Assembly: GCF_047263945.1 (NCBI RefSeq) | Contig: NZ_JBLAVB010000027.1 | Span: 1 to 24,000 of the forward strand | Direction of reading: 5' to 3' | Length of the DNA: 24,000 bases | Source of the DNA: Rhodospirillum sp. A1_3_36 | Lineage (GTDB): Bacteria > Pseudomonadota > Alphaproteobacteria > Rhodospirillales > Rhodospirillaceae | Part shown: one piece after another, positions 1-8,112 of the stretch | Layout: every line of letters begins with the position of its first letter | Numbering within the stretch: position 1 is the first letter of the stretch | The notes under the pieces: generated by a model | Databases searched by the model: none | The model's input: only the letters and a program-made list of their open reading frames with translations | Told to the model about the DNA's origin: nothing | Made by a program: the position numbers and the translations under genes

Positions 1-150
1 CCGATCCGACTGGGGCTCGCAAATTCATGCCGGATACAGATCCGTCACCGGAACCGCCAGGCTCAAGGGGCAAGCGCCGCTGGACGCTATCCGCGATCTC
101 ATCCAGGGCAGTTTCGCACTCGCTTGACGCGCCTGCCGCCAACCCCGTGA

Positions 151-324
151 GCAATTACGGGTGCAGAGCACTTCACCCAGAAGGGAATAAGAATTCAGGG
201 TATTCGTGGCCTTGATAATCTTTCTCGCACTGATGCACATGCGGTTGAGCAGACTTTGATCAATTACTACGGGTTAGGCAAGAATGGCGGGACGTTGGTC
301 AATAAGATCAAGTTGCGTATCTGA
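151..324 (+). pseudogene. Orphan 3' fragment of a GIY-YIG/URI-like nuclease module of the kind found at polymorphic-toxin C-termini; no start codon
   Basis: Frame-1 translation after an in-frame TGA (148-150): AITGAEHFTQKGIRIQGIRGLDNLSRTDAHAVEQTLINYYGLGKNGGTLVNKIKLRI*. The pattern AEH...KGI.I...L.NLSR.DA.AVEQ.LI.YYGLGKNGGTL.NKI resembles such modules as I recall them. The stretch looks AT-richer than its surroundings. It is absent from the ORF track because it lacks an ATG. Confidence 0.3.
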
Positions 325-592
325 CAGCACAGGGCCTCAGTCCTGCGGAAATTGAGAGTGCACTGACGCATTCAGATGACTCAGCGGTCAGCACACTAGG
401 ACATTGTTTATGCATCAACTTTCCAAACTTCGGCTGACGCCTTCGTTTGGGTCGATGCAAGAGAGTGCTCTGAGGCCAGGTTGGGCCACTTCTTGGCCAC
501 GCTCCATGACAGGAGGGCAGTCACGGGACTTCGCTCCGTCCCCCACTGGGGCCGTCCACCCCAACAAATCCCAAACTCTGTGGATGGCAAAG

Positions 593-1306
593 TCACAACT
601 CGGCTGAAAGCTCTTTTGCCACGGCTTTCAGCTTGGGCAAGGATGCTTCCGCCATCGCATCGTCGAAGCGGTTCAGCATTCCGAAGGTGCTCAAGGTCGC
701 GGCGATCTTGCCGGAAGCGTCGCGGATTGGAACGGATATGGCGCCGATCTCGGGCTCATTCTCGCCCTTATTGCGCGCAAACCCGCTGGCCGCAATCTCG
801 TTCAACGCGCTCTCTGCGGGCAATTCGTGTTGTTGAGCCCACTTCAGCCGTTCCTGTACCCCCATGTCCGCAAGCCAGATTTTGCCCTGCGCGGTGGTCG
901 CGACCGGGAGCACCGTGCCGATGCTGATATTGACCGATATCGGTCTTTTTGACATGGCCACTGATATGCAAGTCAGCCCCCTTCGGCTGAGGCGGCAAAC
1001 CATCACGGATTCATTGAGAGCGTCCGCAAGCCGCCGGACATGCGGAATGGAGCGCGCCGCGAATTGATCGTTCCTCTCTGCCAGCCTGCCTAGGCCTTCA
1101 ATGGCCGGACCAAGGCAGAAATATCCACGCCGGTAGCTCACAAGCGCGCCAACCTCTTCCAGTGTTACGAGAAACCGGTGGGCTGATGGAACATTTGTGT
1201 CCAGTTCGGCCGCGACGGTCGCGGCGGAAATCTCAGGCCGCTCATCGCTGAACAGCTGCAAAATCGCGAATGCTTTGACAATCGATCCGTTGATCGGTGT
1301 GGCCAT
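593..1306 (-). CDS. IclR-family transcriptional regulator
   Basis: ORF 593..1354. N-terminal wHTH-like MATPINGSIVKAFAILQLFSDERPEISAATVAAELDTNVPSAHRFLVTLEEVGALV, followed by an IclR effector-domain-like C-terminus. Start moved to the ATG at 1306, which has GGAGA 7 nt upstream; 1354 is the alternative. Divergent from the TRAP operon. Confidence 0.85.
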   Translation of the reverse strand: MATPINGSIVKAFAILQLFSDERPEISAATVAAELDTNVPSAHRFLVTLEEVGALVSYRRGYFCLGPAIEGLGRLAERNDQFAARSIPHVRRLADALNESVMVCRLSRRGLTCISVAMSKRPISVNISIGTVLPVATTAQGKIWLADMGVQERLKWAQQHELPAESALNEIAASGFARNKGENEPEIGAISVPIRDASGKIAATLSTFGMLNRFDDAMAEASLPKLKAVAKELSAEL

Positions 1307-1370
1307 GACCCGTCTCCATATCGTCCACCGTCCCTTTAGGAGCACATCCTTCAAGGGACAACAAACGATA

Positions 1371-1400
1371 TTGACAGGCCCTCTTTAAAAAAATCAATAT
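1371..1400 (+). promoter_or_regulatory. Candidate sigma70-type promoter of the TRAP operon
   Basis: TTGACA (1371-1376), 18-nt spacer, CAATAT (1395-1400), in the AT-rich divergent intergenic region. Confidence 0.3.
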
Positions 1401-1414
1401 ATGAGCATAATATT

Positions 1415-1434
1415 TCACATAATAAGAAATGTGA
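1415..1434. promoter_or_regulatory. Inverted repeat TCACAT-N8-ATGTGA, candidate IclR operator
   Basis: Palindromic half-sites at 1415-1420 and 1429-1434, just downstream of the candidate promoter and between the regulator and the transporter genes. Confidence 0.25.
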
Positions 1435-1514
1435 CCGGAACTCGGTCAATTACAAGTTGGAGAGCGTTCACAAGCTGGAGGCTCCGGACAGGTAAGCGGG
1501 AGGAGAAACTGTAC

Positions 1515-2555
1515 ATGCTGACGAGAAGATCAATGATGGCCGCCATGATAAGCGGCATGATGATGGCCGGATGGCAAAGTGCTTATGCCGCCGAGTACGA
1601 TTTTAAGCTCCATCATTTCCTTGGCGCCAACGCACCTGCCCAGACCCAGATGCTCGAGCCTTGGGCAAAGGCGGTTGAGGAAGCCTCCGGTGGCAAGGTC
1701 CACATTGAGATCTTCCCGAGCATGACGCTTGGTGGACGTCCGCCGGAGTTGATTTCCCAGGTCCGCGCCGGCGTGGTGGACCTGATTTGGACTGTGAACG
1801 GCTACACACCCGGCCTTTTTCCGCGCAGCGAGGTTTTTGAGCTCCCGACCGTGTTTAAGAACGATCCGGCCGCGACGAACCTTGCGATGCGCGAGATCTT
1901 CGAAAGCGACTTGAAGGACGACTATGTCGGCGTCGAAGTGATGTTCCTTCACGTCCATGCGGGCCAGGCAATCCACATGCGGGACACCGAAGTGCATGCT
2001 CCGGCGGACCTCGCTGGCAAGCGGATGCGCGTTCCGACACGGACCGGCGCCTGGGTCATTGAGTCGCTTGGCGCGACACCTGTGGCCATGCCGGTTCCCG
2101 AACTGCCGACCGCGCTGCAGAAGGGCGTTGTTGACGGAGCCTTCATTCCCTGGGAAATCATCGCGCCCCTGAAGATCCAGGAGCAGACCGAATACCAGAT
2201 CGAAGGCGCGGACGAGAGCCGCTTCGGCAACACCGTCTTCCAGGTCTCCATGAACAAAGAGCGTTGGGACGGACTGCCCGCCGAAATTCAGGATGCTTTC
2301 CGCAAGGCATCCGACGAGGACTGGCTTCGTCAGGTTGGAGAGATCTGGCGCAAGTCCGACGACTTCGGCATCGACCTTGCCGTCAAGAGCGGCAACAAAC
2401 ACGTCGTGCTGACGCCTGAAGAAACCGCCGTCTTTGACGAAGCCGTCCGCCCTGTTGTCGACCGCTGGGTTGAGGAGGCCGGCACGAAGGGCATCGACGG
2501 CGCGGCGCTCGTCGAAAAGGCGCGTGCGGCCACTGCCGCAAACGCGACACGCTGA
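1515..2555 (+). CDS. TRAP transporter substrate-binding protein (DctP family)
   Basis: ORF 1401..2555. Start set at the ATG at 1515, preceded by GGGAGGAG. Signal peptide MLTRRSMMAAMISGMMMAGWQSAYA (twin-arginine-like). The mature part, YDFKLHHFLGANAPAQTQMLEPWAKAVEEASGGKVHIEIFPSMTLGG, is typical of DctP-type SBPs. Confidence 0.9.
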   Translation: MLTRRSMMAAMISGMMMAGWQSAYAAEYDFKLHHFLGANAPAQTQMLEPWAKAVEEASGGKVHIEIFPSMTLGGRPPELISQVRAGVVDLIWTVNGYTPGLFPRSEVFELPTVFKNDPAATNLAMREIFESDLKDDYVGVEVMFLHVHAGQAIHMRDTEVHAPADLAGKRMRVPTRTGAWVIESLGATPVAMPVPELPTALQKGVVDGAFIPWEIIAPLKIQEQTEYQIEGADESRFGNTVFQVSMNKERWDGLPAEIQDAFRKASDEDWLRQVGEIWRKSDDFGIDLAVKSGNKHVVLTPEETAVFDEAVRPVVDRWVEEAGTKGIDGAALVEKARAATAANATR

Positions 2556-3076
2556 TGACAACAAACGCTCCATGCCACAGCACCGGCTTTGCCGGTGCTG
2601 TCCGCCGAACCGCCGTAGGATGGGCATTGCTTGGTGGCCACGTCCTGCTGGCGGTGGTCGGTGTCAACATCCTCTCTGTCATCGGCATACCCTTCGGGTT
2701 TTCGTTCCCCGGAGACTTTGAACTGACCGAGATGGGGGTGGCGGTCGCGGCCTTCACCTTCCTGCCCTACTGCCAGATTGCCAGCGCGAACGTGACAGCG
2801 GATATTTTTACCTCAGGCGCATCACCCAGGGTGACGGCTCTCCTCACGTTCGCGGGAGCGTGCGTCGCATTCGCTTTCAGCATCATTCTGCTCTGGCGGA
2901 TGTATCTCGGCATGCTCGATCAGAAAAACTACGACTATACTACAACGATCCTTCAGATCCCTCAGTGGCTGGCTTTCATCCCTATTCTCATATCCCTTGC
3001 CCTTCTGGTGCTCTCGTCGCTCGTCAGCGTGCGGGAGGAATGGGCGAAGGCAAGATCGGGAGTTGACCATGTCTGA
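2555..3076 (+). CDS. TRAP transporter small permease (DctQ family)
   Basis: 173 aa with four hydrophobic segments. Its ATG overlaps the dctP-type stop (TGATG). It sits between the SBP and large-permease genes. Confidence 0.85.
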   Translation: MTTNAPCHSTGFAGAVRRTAVGWALLGGHVLLAVVGVNILSVIGIPFGFSFPGDFELTEMGVAVAAFTFLPYCQIASANVTADIFTSGASPRVTALLTFAGACVAFAFSIILLWRMYLGMLDQKNYDYTTTILQIPQWLAFIPILISLALLVLSSLVSVREEWAKARSGVDHV

Positions 3077-4424
3077 GGCGCTCCTCCTCGGCGTTGGAGG
3101 CCTTGCCGCTCTGTTCCTCCTGATTGGCCTGCGCATGCCGATCGCCTACGCCATGATCCTTGTCGGTGGCTTGGGAACCATGTTGATTAACGGCCCGGCG
3201 CTGATGCTCAACCAGATCAACACGCTCGCTTACGGCCAGTTCTCCATCTACGACCTGTCTGTGGTGCCGACGTTTGTTTTGATGGGCGCGATTGCTTCCA
3301 GGATAGGGCTGTCACAGGCCCTGTTCCGGGCAGCCAATGCCTGGCTCGGCTGGCTTCCGGGCGGAACCGCCATGGCTGCGATCGCAGGGTGTGCCGGGTT
3401 CGGAGCTGTCTGCGGGTCCTCTCTTGCAACCGCATCGACCATGGGCAAGGTCGCCCTTCCGGAACTGCGCCGGTACAACTACTCCCATGCGCTGTCGACC
3501 GGTACCCTGGCCGCAGGCGGTGTTCTCGGCATTCTGATCCCCCCTTCGGTGGTGCTGATCATCTACGCGATCACCGTCGAGGCCAACATCGTCACCATGT
3601 TCATGGCGGCGTTCATCCCGGGTGCGCTGGCTGTCATTCTGTTCATCGCCACCATTGCCATCTACGTTGCGATCCGTCCGGAGGCCGGTCCCAAGGGCGG
3701 CAAGCCGTCCAGACAGGAATTCCGCGACGCCACCCTTGGCATGACGCCGGTTCTGATCATCTTCGGTATGGTGATCGGAGGCATCTATCTCGGCCTCTTC
3801 AATCCCACGCCGGCCGCCGCTGTCGGTGTTTTCCTGGTGCTGGTGCTCGGACTGTTGCAGCGGCGTCTCACCTACTCGGACCTGAAAGTCTGTCTGCTGG
3901 AAACGGCTTCAACCACAGGCATGATCTACCTCATCCTGCTTGGCGCCGAGATGCTCAAGATCTTTATGGCCCGCTCCGGCCTCCCTCAGGAGGCCGCGCT
4001 TTGGATTGCCCAATCCGGTCTGCCGCCGATGACTGTTCTGGCGGTCATGCTGATCGCGCTGATCCTTCTGGGCTGCCTGATGGACTCCCTGTCGATGATC
4101 CTGCTGGTCATCCCATTCTTCTGGCCCGCCCTGGTTGCGGTCAACGGCGGCATTTATCAACTGGCCGACGGTTCGGGCTTCGGAATGAGCACCGAGGACC
4201 TCAAGGTCTGGTTCGGGATTCTCTCCTTAATCGTGGTCGAGCTCGGGCTGATCACCCCGCCGGTCGGTATGAATGTCTTCGTCATTTCCTCAATTGCGCG
4301 GGATGTGCCGATGACCGAGACCTTCAAGGGGGTCATGCCTTTCTTCTGCGCTGAAGTGGTGCGTGTGATCATCCTTCTGAGCTTTCCCATCCTCACCCTC
4401 TGGCTGCCCGCTATTCTGCGGTAG
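3069..4424 (+). CDS. TRAP transporter large permease (DctM family)
   Basis: ORF 2997..4424. Start set at MSEALLLGVGG (3069), overlapping the DctQ stop by 8 nt. Polytopic membrane protein of about 451 aa with DctM-like sequence throughout. Confidence 0.9.
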   Translation: MSEALLLGVGGLAALFLLIGLRMPIAYAMILVGGLGTMLINGPALMLNQINTLAYGQFSIYDLSVVPTFVLMGAIASRIGLSQALFRAANAWLGWLPGGTAMAAIAGCAGFGAVCGSSLATASTMGKVALPELRRYNYSHALSTGTLAAGGVLGILIPPSVVLIIYAITVEANIVTMFMAAFIPGALAVILFIATIAIYVAIRPEAGPKGGKPSRQEFRDATLGMTPVLIIFGMVIGGIYLGLFNPTPAAAVGVFLVLVLGLLQRRLTYSDLKVCLLETASTTGMIYLILLGAEMLKIFMARSGLPQEAALWIAQSGLPPMTVLAVMLIALILLGCLMDSLSMILLVIPFFWPALVAVNGGIYQLADGSGFGMSTEDLKVWFGILSLIVVELGLITPPVGMNVFVISSIARDVPMTETFKGVMPFFCAEVVRVIILLSFPILTLWLPAILR

Positions 4425-4485
4425 GGGCCGACAAGCTACACGAACAGCCTGGGTCTCTCCGGGCGGCAAAAAGAGGAAAATCACC

Positions 4486-5388
4486 ATGACATGGGCAATC
4501 TTGGGTGCTGGAGCGCTTGGCTCGGTCATCGGCGCGGAACTTTTCAAAGGGGGCGCCGATATCGTTCTTCTCGACACGAACGATGCACATTTGACGGCCA
4601 TCCAGTCCAAGGGGCTGCGGGTCGATTGGGACGACAAGACAGACTATTTGCCGGTCCCGGCCATGCGCCCGGTGGATGCTCCCGAACTGGACCTTGTGAT
4701 CTTGCTGACGAAGACCATGCATTCGCAGGCTGCACTCGCGAGCATTGAACCGTCGATCGCGGCGGGGGCCTGCGTTCTGACGCTTCAGAACGGTCTCGGC
4801 AATGTGGAACAGATCCGCAGTCAGGTTCCGGATGAACAGATTCTTTATGGCTGCACGATGACCCCCGGCGATCTGCGCGGTCCGGGTCATGTGGTCAGCC
4901 ATGGAATAGCCTACACACCCTTTGCGCCGCTGACGGAGAACCCGGCTGCCAAACGTGTTGCGGATCAGCTTGTGGCTCGCGGATTCGAGAAGACAAGCAA
5001 GGCTGCCGCCAAAATCTGGGAGAAAGCATCCTTCAACTGCGCGATGAATGCGATGGCGGTTCTTGGCGAAGGACCTGTCGGCCTGATCGCGGAATTCGTG
5101 GGCGGTGCGCTTGCCTGCCAAATCGCGAATGAGGTGCTTGATGTCGCGGCTGCGGACGGTGTTGTAACGGACCGGGATGCGGTCGCCGCGCAGATCGACT
5201 TTGCGCTCGAAAAGCACACCGCGCACAAACCTTCCATGCTCCAGGATATCGAAGCGGGACGGGCGACGGAAATCGAGGCTCTGAACGGCTATGCCGCCAC
5301 AAGGGGCACAGCGCTCGGCGTTCCAGTGCCGCTGAACACCCTTCTTGCCTCCCTGGTCCGGATGAAACAGCACCAAAGACTGGCCTGA
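4486..5388 (+). CDS. panE: 2-dehydropantoate 2-reductase family oxidoreductase (PanE/ApbA)
   Basis: N-terminal Rossmann motif MTWAILGAGALGSVIGAELFKGG. C-terminal ...KPSMLQDIEAGRATEIEALNGY is characteristic of ketopantoate reductase family proteins. RBS AGAGGA lies upstream. The true substrate is uncertain. Confidence 0.75.
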   Translation: MTWAILGAGALGSVIGAELFKGGADIVLLDTNDAHLTAIQSKGLRVDWDDKTDYLPVPAMRPVDAPELDLVILLTKTMHSQAALASIEPSIAAGACVLTLQNGLGNVEQIRSQVPDEQILYGCTMTPGDLRGPGHVVSHGIAYTPFAPLTENPAAKRVADQLVARGFEKTSKAAAKIWEKASFNCAMNAMAVLGEGPVGLIAEFVGGALACQIANEVLDVAAADGVVTDRDAVAAQIDFALEKHTAHKPSMLQDIEAGRATEIEALNGYAATRGTALGVPVPLNTLLASLVRMKQHQRLA

Positions 5389-5530
5389 TCCGGAGAGGCT
5401 GTTACCGGAAGAGCAGGATGGCGATCGACTCTCGGGCGTTTATGAGATTTGTTGCGCCAGTACCCAAAATAGGAGAAATGGATATTAGATTGCCTTTTAG
5501 AGAGCAGCGTGGAGCTGGGTCACTCTCGTA

Positions 5531-5560
5531 TTGACAAGATGATCGCCCTGTCGTTACCGT
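5531..5560 (+). promoter_or_regulatory. Candidate promoter of the PTS operon
   Basis: Perfect -35 TTGACA (5531-5536), 18-nt spacer, weak -10 TACCGT (5555-5560). This would place the transcription start about 25-30 nt upstream of the RAT. Confidence 0.3.
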
Positions 5561-5593
5561 ATTTGCCAATTAACGAACCCGTCGTTCGAAACA

Positions 5594-5622
5594 GGATTGT
5601 GACCGCGATTGCGGGCAAGGCC
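5594..5622 (+). promoter_or_regulatory. Ribonucleic antiterminator (RAT) site for the BglG/LicT-type antiterminator
   Basis: GGATTGTGACCGCGATTGCGGGCAAGGCC is 29 nt, the same length and register as the RAT consensus as I recall it (GGATTGTTACTGC...GCAGGCAAAACC). It has a compensatory C-G in place of the U-A inner pair. Its 3' end overlaps the left arm of the terminator. Confidence 0.75.
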
Positions 5623-5665
5623 TGAGTGCTTCCAGGGAGACCTGGATGCCCTCAGGCTTTTTTAT
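5620..5665 (+). terminator. Rho-independent terminator (attenuator) in the bglF leader
   Basis: Stem GCCTGAG (5620-5626)/CTCAGGC (5651-5657), extended by TCCAGG (5631-5636)/CCTGGA (5641-5646). Followed by TTTTTT (5658-5663), 63 nt upstream of the bglF start. Confidence 0.75.
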
Positions 5666-5727
5666 TGCCTAAATTCTGTCGGCAAGCCTCTGAGAGCGAT
5701 CTGTAAACAGAATCTGGGGAGGTTTTT

Positions 5728-7953
5728 ATGGATCACGCGAGCACCGCGCGTCAGATCGTCGATGCTGTTGGCGGAGCAGCCAATATCGTCGACGCAGAGC
5801 ATTGCATGACGCGGCTTCGACTCACTCTCGATGACGTCGCCAAGGCTGATGCCGAACGTATTCAGTCCGTTCCGGGCGTGCTTGGCACGCTTACGCGCGC
5901 CGGGCAGTTTCAGGTTGTCCTGGGCGCCGTCGTTGCCCCGGTCAGCGCCGAAGTCAAGGCGCTTATCGAGGAGGCCAAGAAGCCAGCCGCACCGAGCGCT
6001 GCCCCAGCTTCTCCCCAGCCAGCTTCTCCCCAGCCAGCTTCTCCCCAGCCAGCTTCTCCCCAGACTGCAGCTTTTGGTTACGACCAGCTTGCCGCCGCAA
6101 TCATCGAGAACGTTGGCGGTTCAGGGAACGTCAAGGCGCTTGAACATTGTTCGACCCGCCTGCGCTTCTCCCTGGTCGATCCGTCCCGTGCCAAGGTCGA
6201 TAAGCTCAAGGGCATCAAGGGTGTGCTCGGTGTCGTAACCGCCGCACAGACGCAGGTCATCATCGGCAACGACGTGGTCGAGGTCTACAGAGCGATCCAG
6301 CGCGCTTTCCCCAAGCTCGGCAAAGCCGCTGCGGCCGCCGGGGCGGGCACCAGCGGAAAGCAGGGTTTTGGCGCCATCTTGATCGACTTTGTGATCGGTG
6401 TCTTCCAGCCGTTGGTTCCGGCCATTGCCGGCGCAGGCATGCTGAAGGCGCTCCTGCTGCTGCTGTCCTTCTTCAACGTCGTGGATACCCAGGCCGACAC
6501 CTATCAGGTGCTGCTGCAGATCTCGAACGGCGTCTTTTACTTCCTTGGCTTCATGGTGGCCGTCACGACGGCGACCAAGCTGAACATCGACAGGCTTGTT
6601 GCAATTGCCGCTGTCGCCCCGATGCTGTTGCCGTCGTTCACGGCAGTGATGGGCAAGGGCATCACCGTCTTCGGCGTCGGCATCACCAATGTGCACTACA
6701 GCGCCCAGGTGTTCCCGGCGATCCTGACGGTCCTGTTCCTGGCTTTGAACTGGCATTTCTGGACGCGCTACGTCCCTAAGGTCATCCGCATCTTCGCCGT
6801 TCCCATGCTCAGCCTGTTGGTGACGGTTCCGGTGTCGTTGACTGTCCTTGGTCCAGCCGGTTTCTTGGTCGGATCCTACCTTACGACCGGCGTCCTGTGG
6901 ACCCACGATCACATCGGCTGGGTGGCGACGGCCGGCATGGCCATGGCCCTCCCGTTCCTGGTGTCGCTGGGCATGCACAAGCCGTTCCTTCCCTACGTGA
7001 TTTCGCAGCTTGGCGCCGGCAAGCCCGATCCGTTCTACAATGCCGCCCATCTGGCGCATAACATCGCCGAAGCTGGTGCGGCCTTCGGTGTCGCCATCCG
7101 CACCCGGAACAACGAACTCAGGGCGACCGGTTTCTCCGTCGGAATCTCGGCCCTGTTTGGCATCACCGAGCCGGCTCTCTACGGCCTGACGCTGCAAAAC
7201 AAGCGGGTTTTGTGGAGCGTGCTCGGCGGTGCACTGGTCGGCGGCCTCTATCTCGGTCTGACGCATGTCACCGGTCATGTGGCTGCCGGGCCTGGTCTCG
7301 CCACCATGGCCGTCTTCGTCTCCCCAGAGAACCCACAGAACATTCTCAATGCCATGGTCGGTGCCGTTGTCGCCTTCGTCGTGTCGCTGTCGCTGTCGCT
7401 TGTTCTCTGGCGCGACGCGGGTCAGACGGGCGACGAGGACGCGGCTGTCCCCGATGGGGGAACCAATGCGCCGGTCTTTGCCACCGGTCCGGTTCGCGAC
7501 CTTGTCGCTCCCATGTCGGGCGCGATCATCCCCCTGCCGAAGGTGCGCGACGATGCCTTCTCGGCGCGCATGCTGGGTGACGGCATCGCCATCCGCCCGA
7601 CAGACGGCCGCGTCCTCTCTCCTGCCGACGGTGTCGTCAGTGCCGTGGCCGGTCACGCGATCACGCTCCTGACCGACGATGGTCTGGAACTGCTCATCCA
7701 CGTCGGGATCGATACGGTCAAGGCCGAAACGAGCCTGTTCAGGTCGCATGTCAAGCCGGAGGACCGCGTGAAGGCTGGCCAGTTGCTCCTCGAAGCCGAC
7801 ATTGAGGGCATCCGCAAGGCTGGCTATGACACCACGACCCCGATCATCGTCCGCAACTCCGCGAACTATTCGCTGAAAGCAGTCGCCCAGTCTGCGGTAG
7901 CGGTCGGCGAACGGTTGATGGAGATCGGTCAGCGGCAACCCGCTGCGGTTTAA
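5728..7953 (+). CDS. bglF: PTS beta-glucoside-family permease, EIIB-EIIB-EIIC-EIIA (BglF-like)
   Basis: 741 aa, RBS GGGGAGG. Two EIIB(Glc) domains, each with the active-site motif: HCMTRLR (Cys26, codon 5803-5805) and HCSTRLR (Cys141, codon 6148-6150). EIIC carries GITEPALYG. C-terminal EIIA(Glc) has GHAITL...LLIHVGIDTV (His658, codon 7699-7701). Confidence 0.9.
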   Translation: MDHASTARQIVDAVGGAANIVDAEHCMTRLRLTLDDVAKADAERIQSVPGVLGTLTRAGQFQVVLGAVVAPVSAEVKALIEEAKKPAAPSAAPASPQPASPQPASPQPASPQTAAFGYDQLAAAIIENVGGSGNVKALEHCSTRLRFSLVDPSRAKVDKLKGIKGVLGVVTAAQTQVIIGNDVVEVYRAIQRAFPKLGKAAAAAGAGTSGKQGFGAILIDFVIGVFQPLVPAIAGAGMLKALLLLLSFFNVVDTQADTYQVLLQISNGVFYFLGFMVAVTTATKLNIDRLVAIAAVAPMLLPSFTAVMGKGITVFGVGITNVHYSAQVFPAILTVLFLALNWHFWTRYVPKVIRIFAVPMLSLLVTVPVSLTVLGPAGFLVGSYLTTGVLWTHDHIGWVATAGMAMALPFLVSLGMHKPFLPYVISQLGAGKPDPFYNAAHLAHNIAEAGAAFGVAIRTRNNELRATGFSVGISALFGITEPALYGLTLQNKRVLWSVLGGALVGGLYLGLTHVTGHVAAGPGLATMAVFVSPENPQNILNAMVGAVVAFVVSLSLSLVLWRDAGQTGDEDAAVPDGGTNAPVFATGPVRDLVAPMSGAIIPLPKVRDDAFSARMLGDGIAIRPTDGRVLSPADGVVSAVAGHAITLLTDDGLELLIHVGIDTVKAETSLFRSHVKPEDRVKAGQLLLEADIEGIRKAGYDTTTPIIVRNSANYSLKAVAQSAVAVGERLMEIGQRQPAAV
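6004..6063 (+). repeat. Perfect tandem repeat, 15 bp x 4 (CCAGCTTCTCCCCAG), encoding (PASPQ)4 linker
   Basis: Four identical, in-frame head-to-tail copies at 6004-6018, 6019-6033, 6034-6048 and 6049-6063, within the Pro/Ala-rich linker between the two EIIB domains. Confidence 0.95.
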
Positions 7954-7996
7954 TCGGAGCAGTCTCGCCGACGGTTTTGTGCCGGCGGGACGACCT

Positions 7997-8048
7997 CCGC
8001 GTCGTCGTTGCATCACCGCTCCTCGTGCAGTGATGCAACGACGAGCGG
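7997..8048 (+). other. Long GC-rich hairpin in the bglF-bglG spacer, no U-tract
   Basis: 15-bp perfect stem (8002-8016 / 8030-8044), then a 1-nt bulge and 4 more pairs (7997-8000 / 8045-8048), with a 13-nt loop. Followed by GACGCAGACCC, not a T-run. Confidence 0.6.
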
Positions 8049-8112
8049 GACGCAGACCCAAATAAAAGGCAAGTTGACATTGCCGCGACCAGGGACGCAT
8101 GGGGAGGGCAGA

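Noticed and set aside
5478-5534. 18-codon mini-ORF (MDIRLPFREQRGAGSLSY) with AGGAGA upstream in the bglF upstream region, possible leader peptide
   Set aside because: The Shine-Dalgarno sequence is only 1 nt from the ATG. The ORF lies upstream of, and overlaps, the predicted -35, so it would not be on the leader transcript. The RAT/terminator mechanism needs no leader peptide.
8074-8079. TTGACA hexamer in the bglF-bglG spacer as an internal promoter for bglG
   Set aside because: There is no acceptable -10 at 16-19 nt spacing (GCATGG/CGCATG). The site is only ~35 nt from the GTG start and overlaps the RBS region. An internal promoter remains possible, but this hexamer does not support one.
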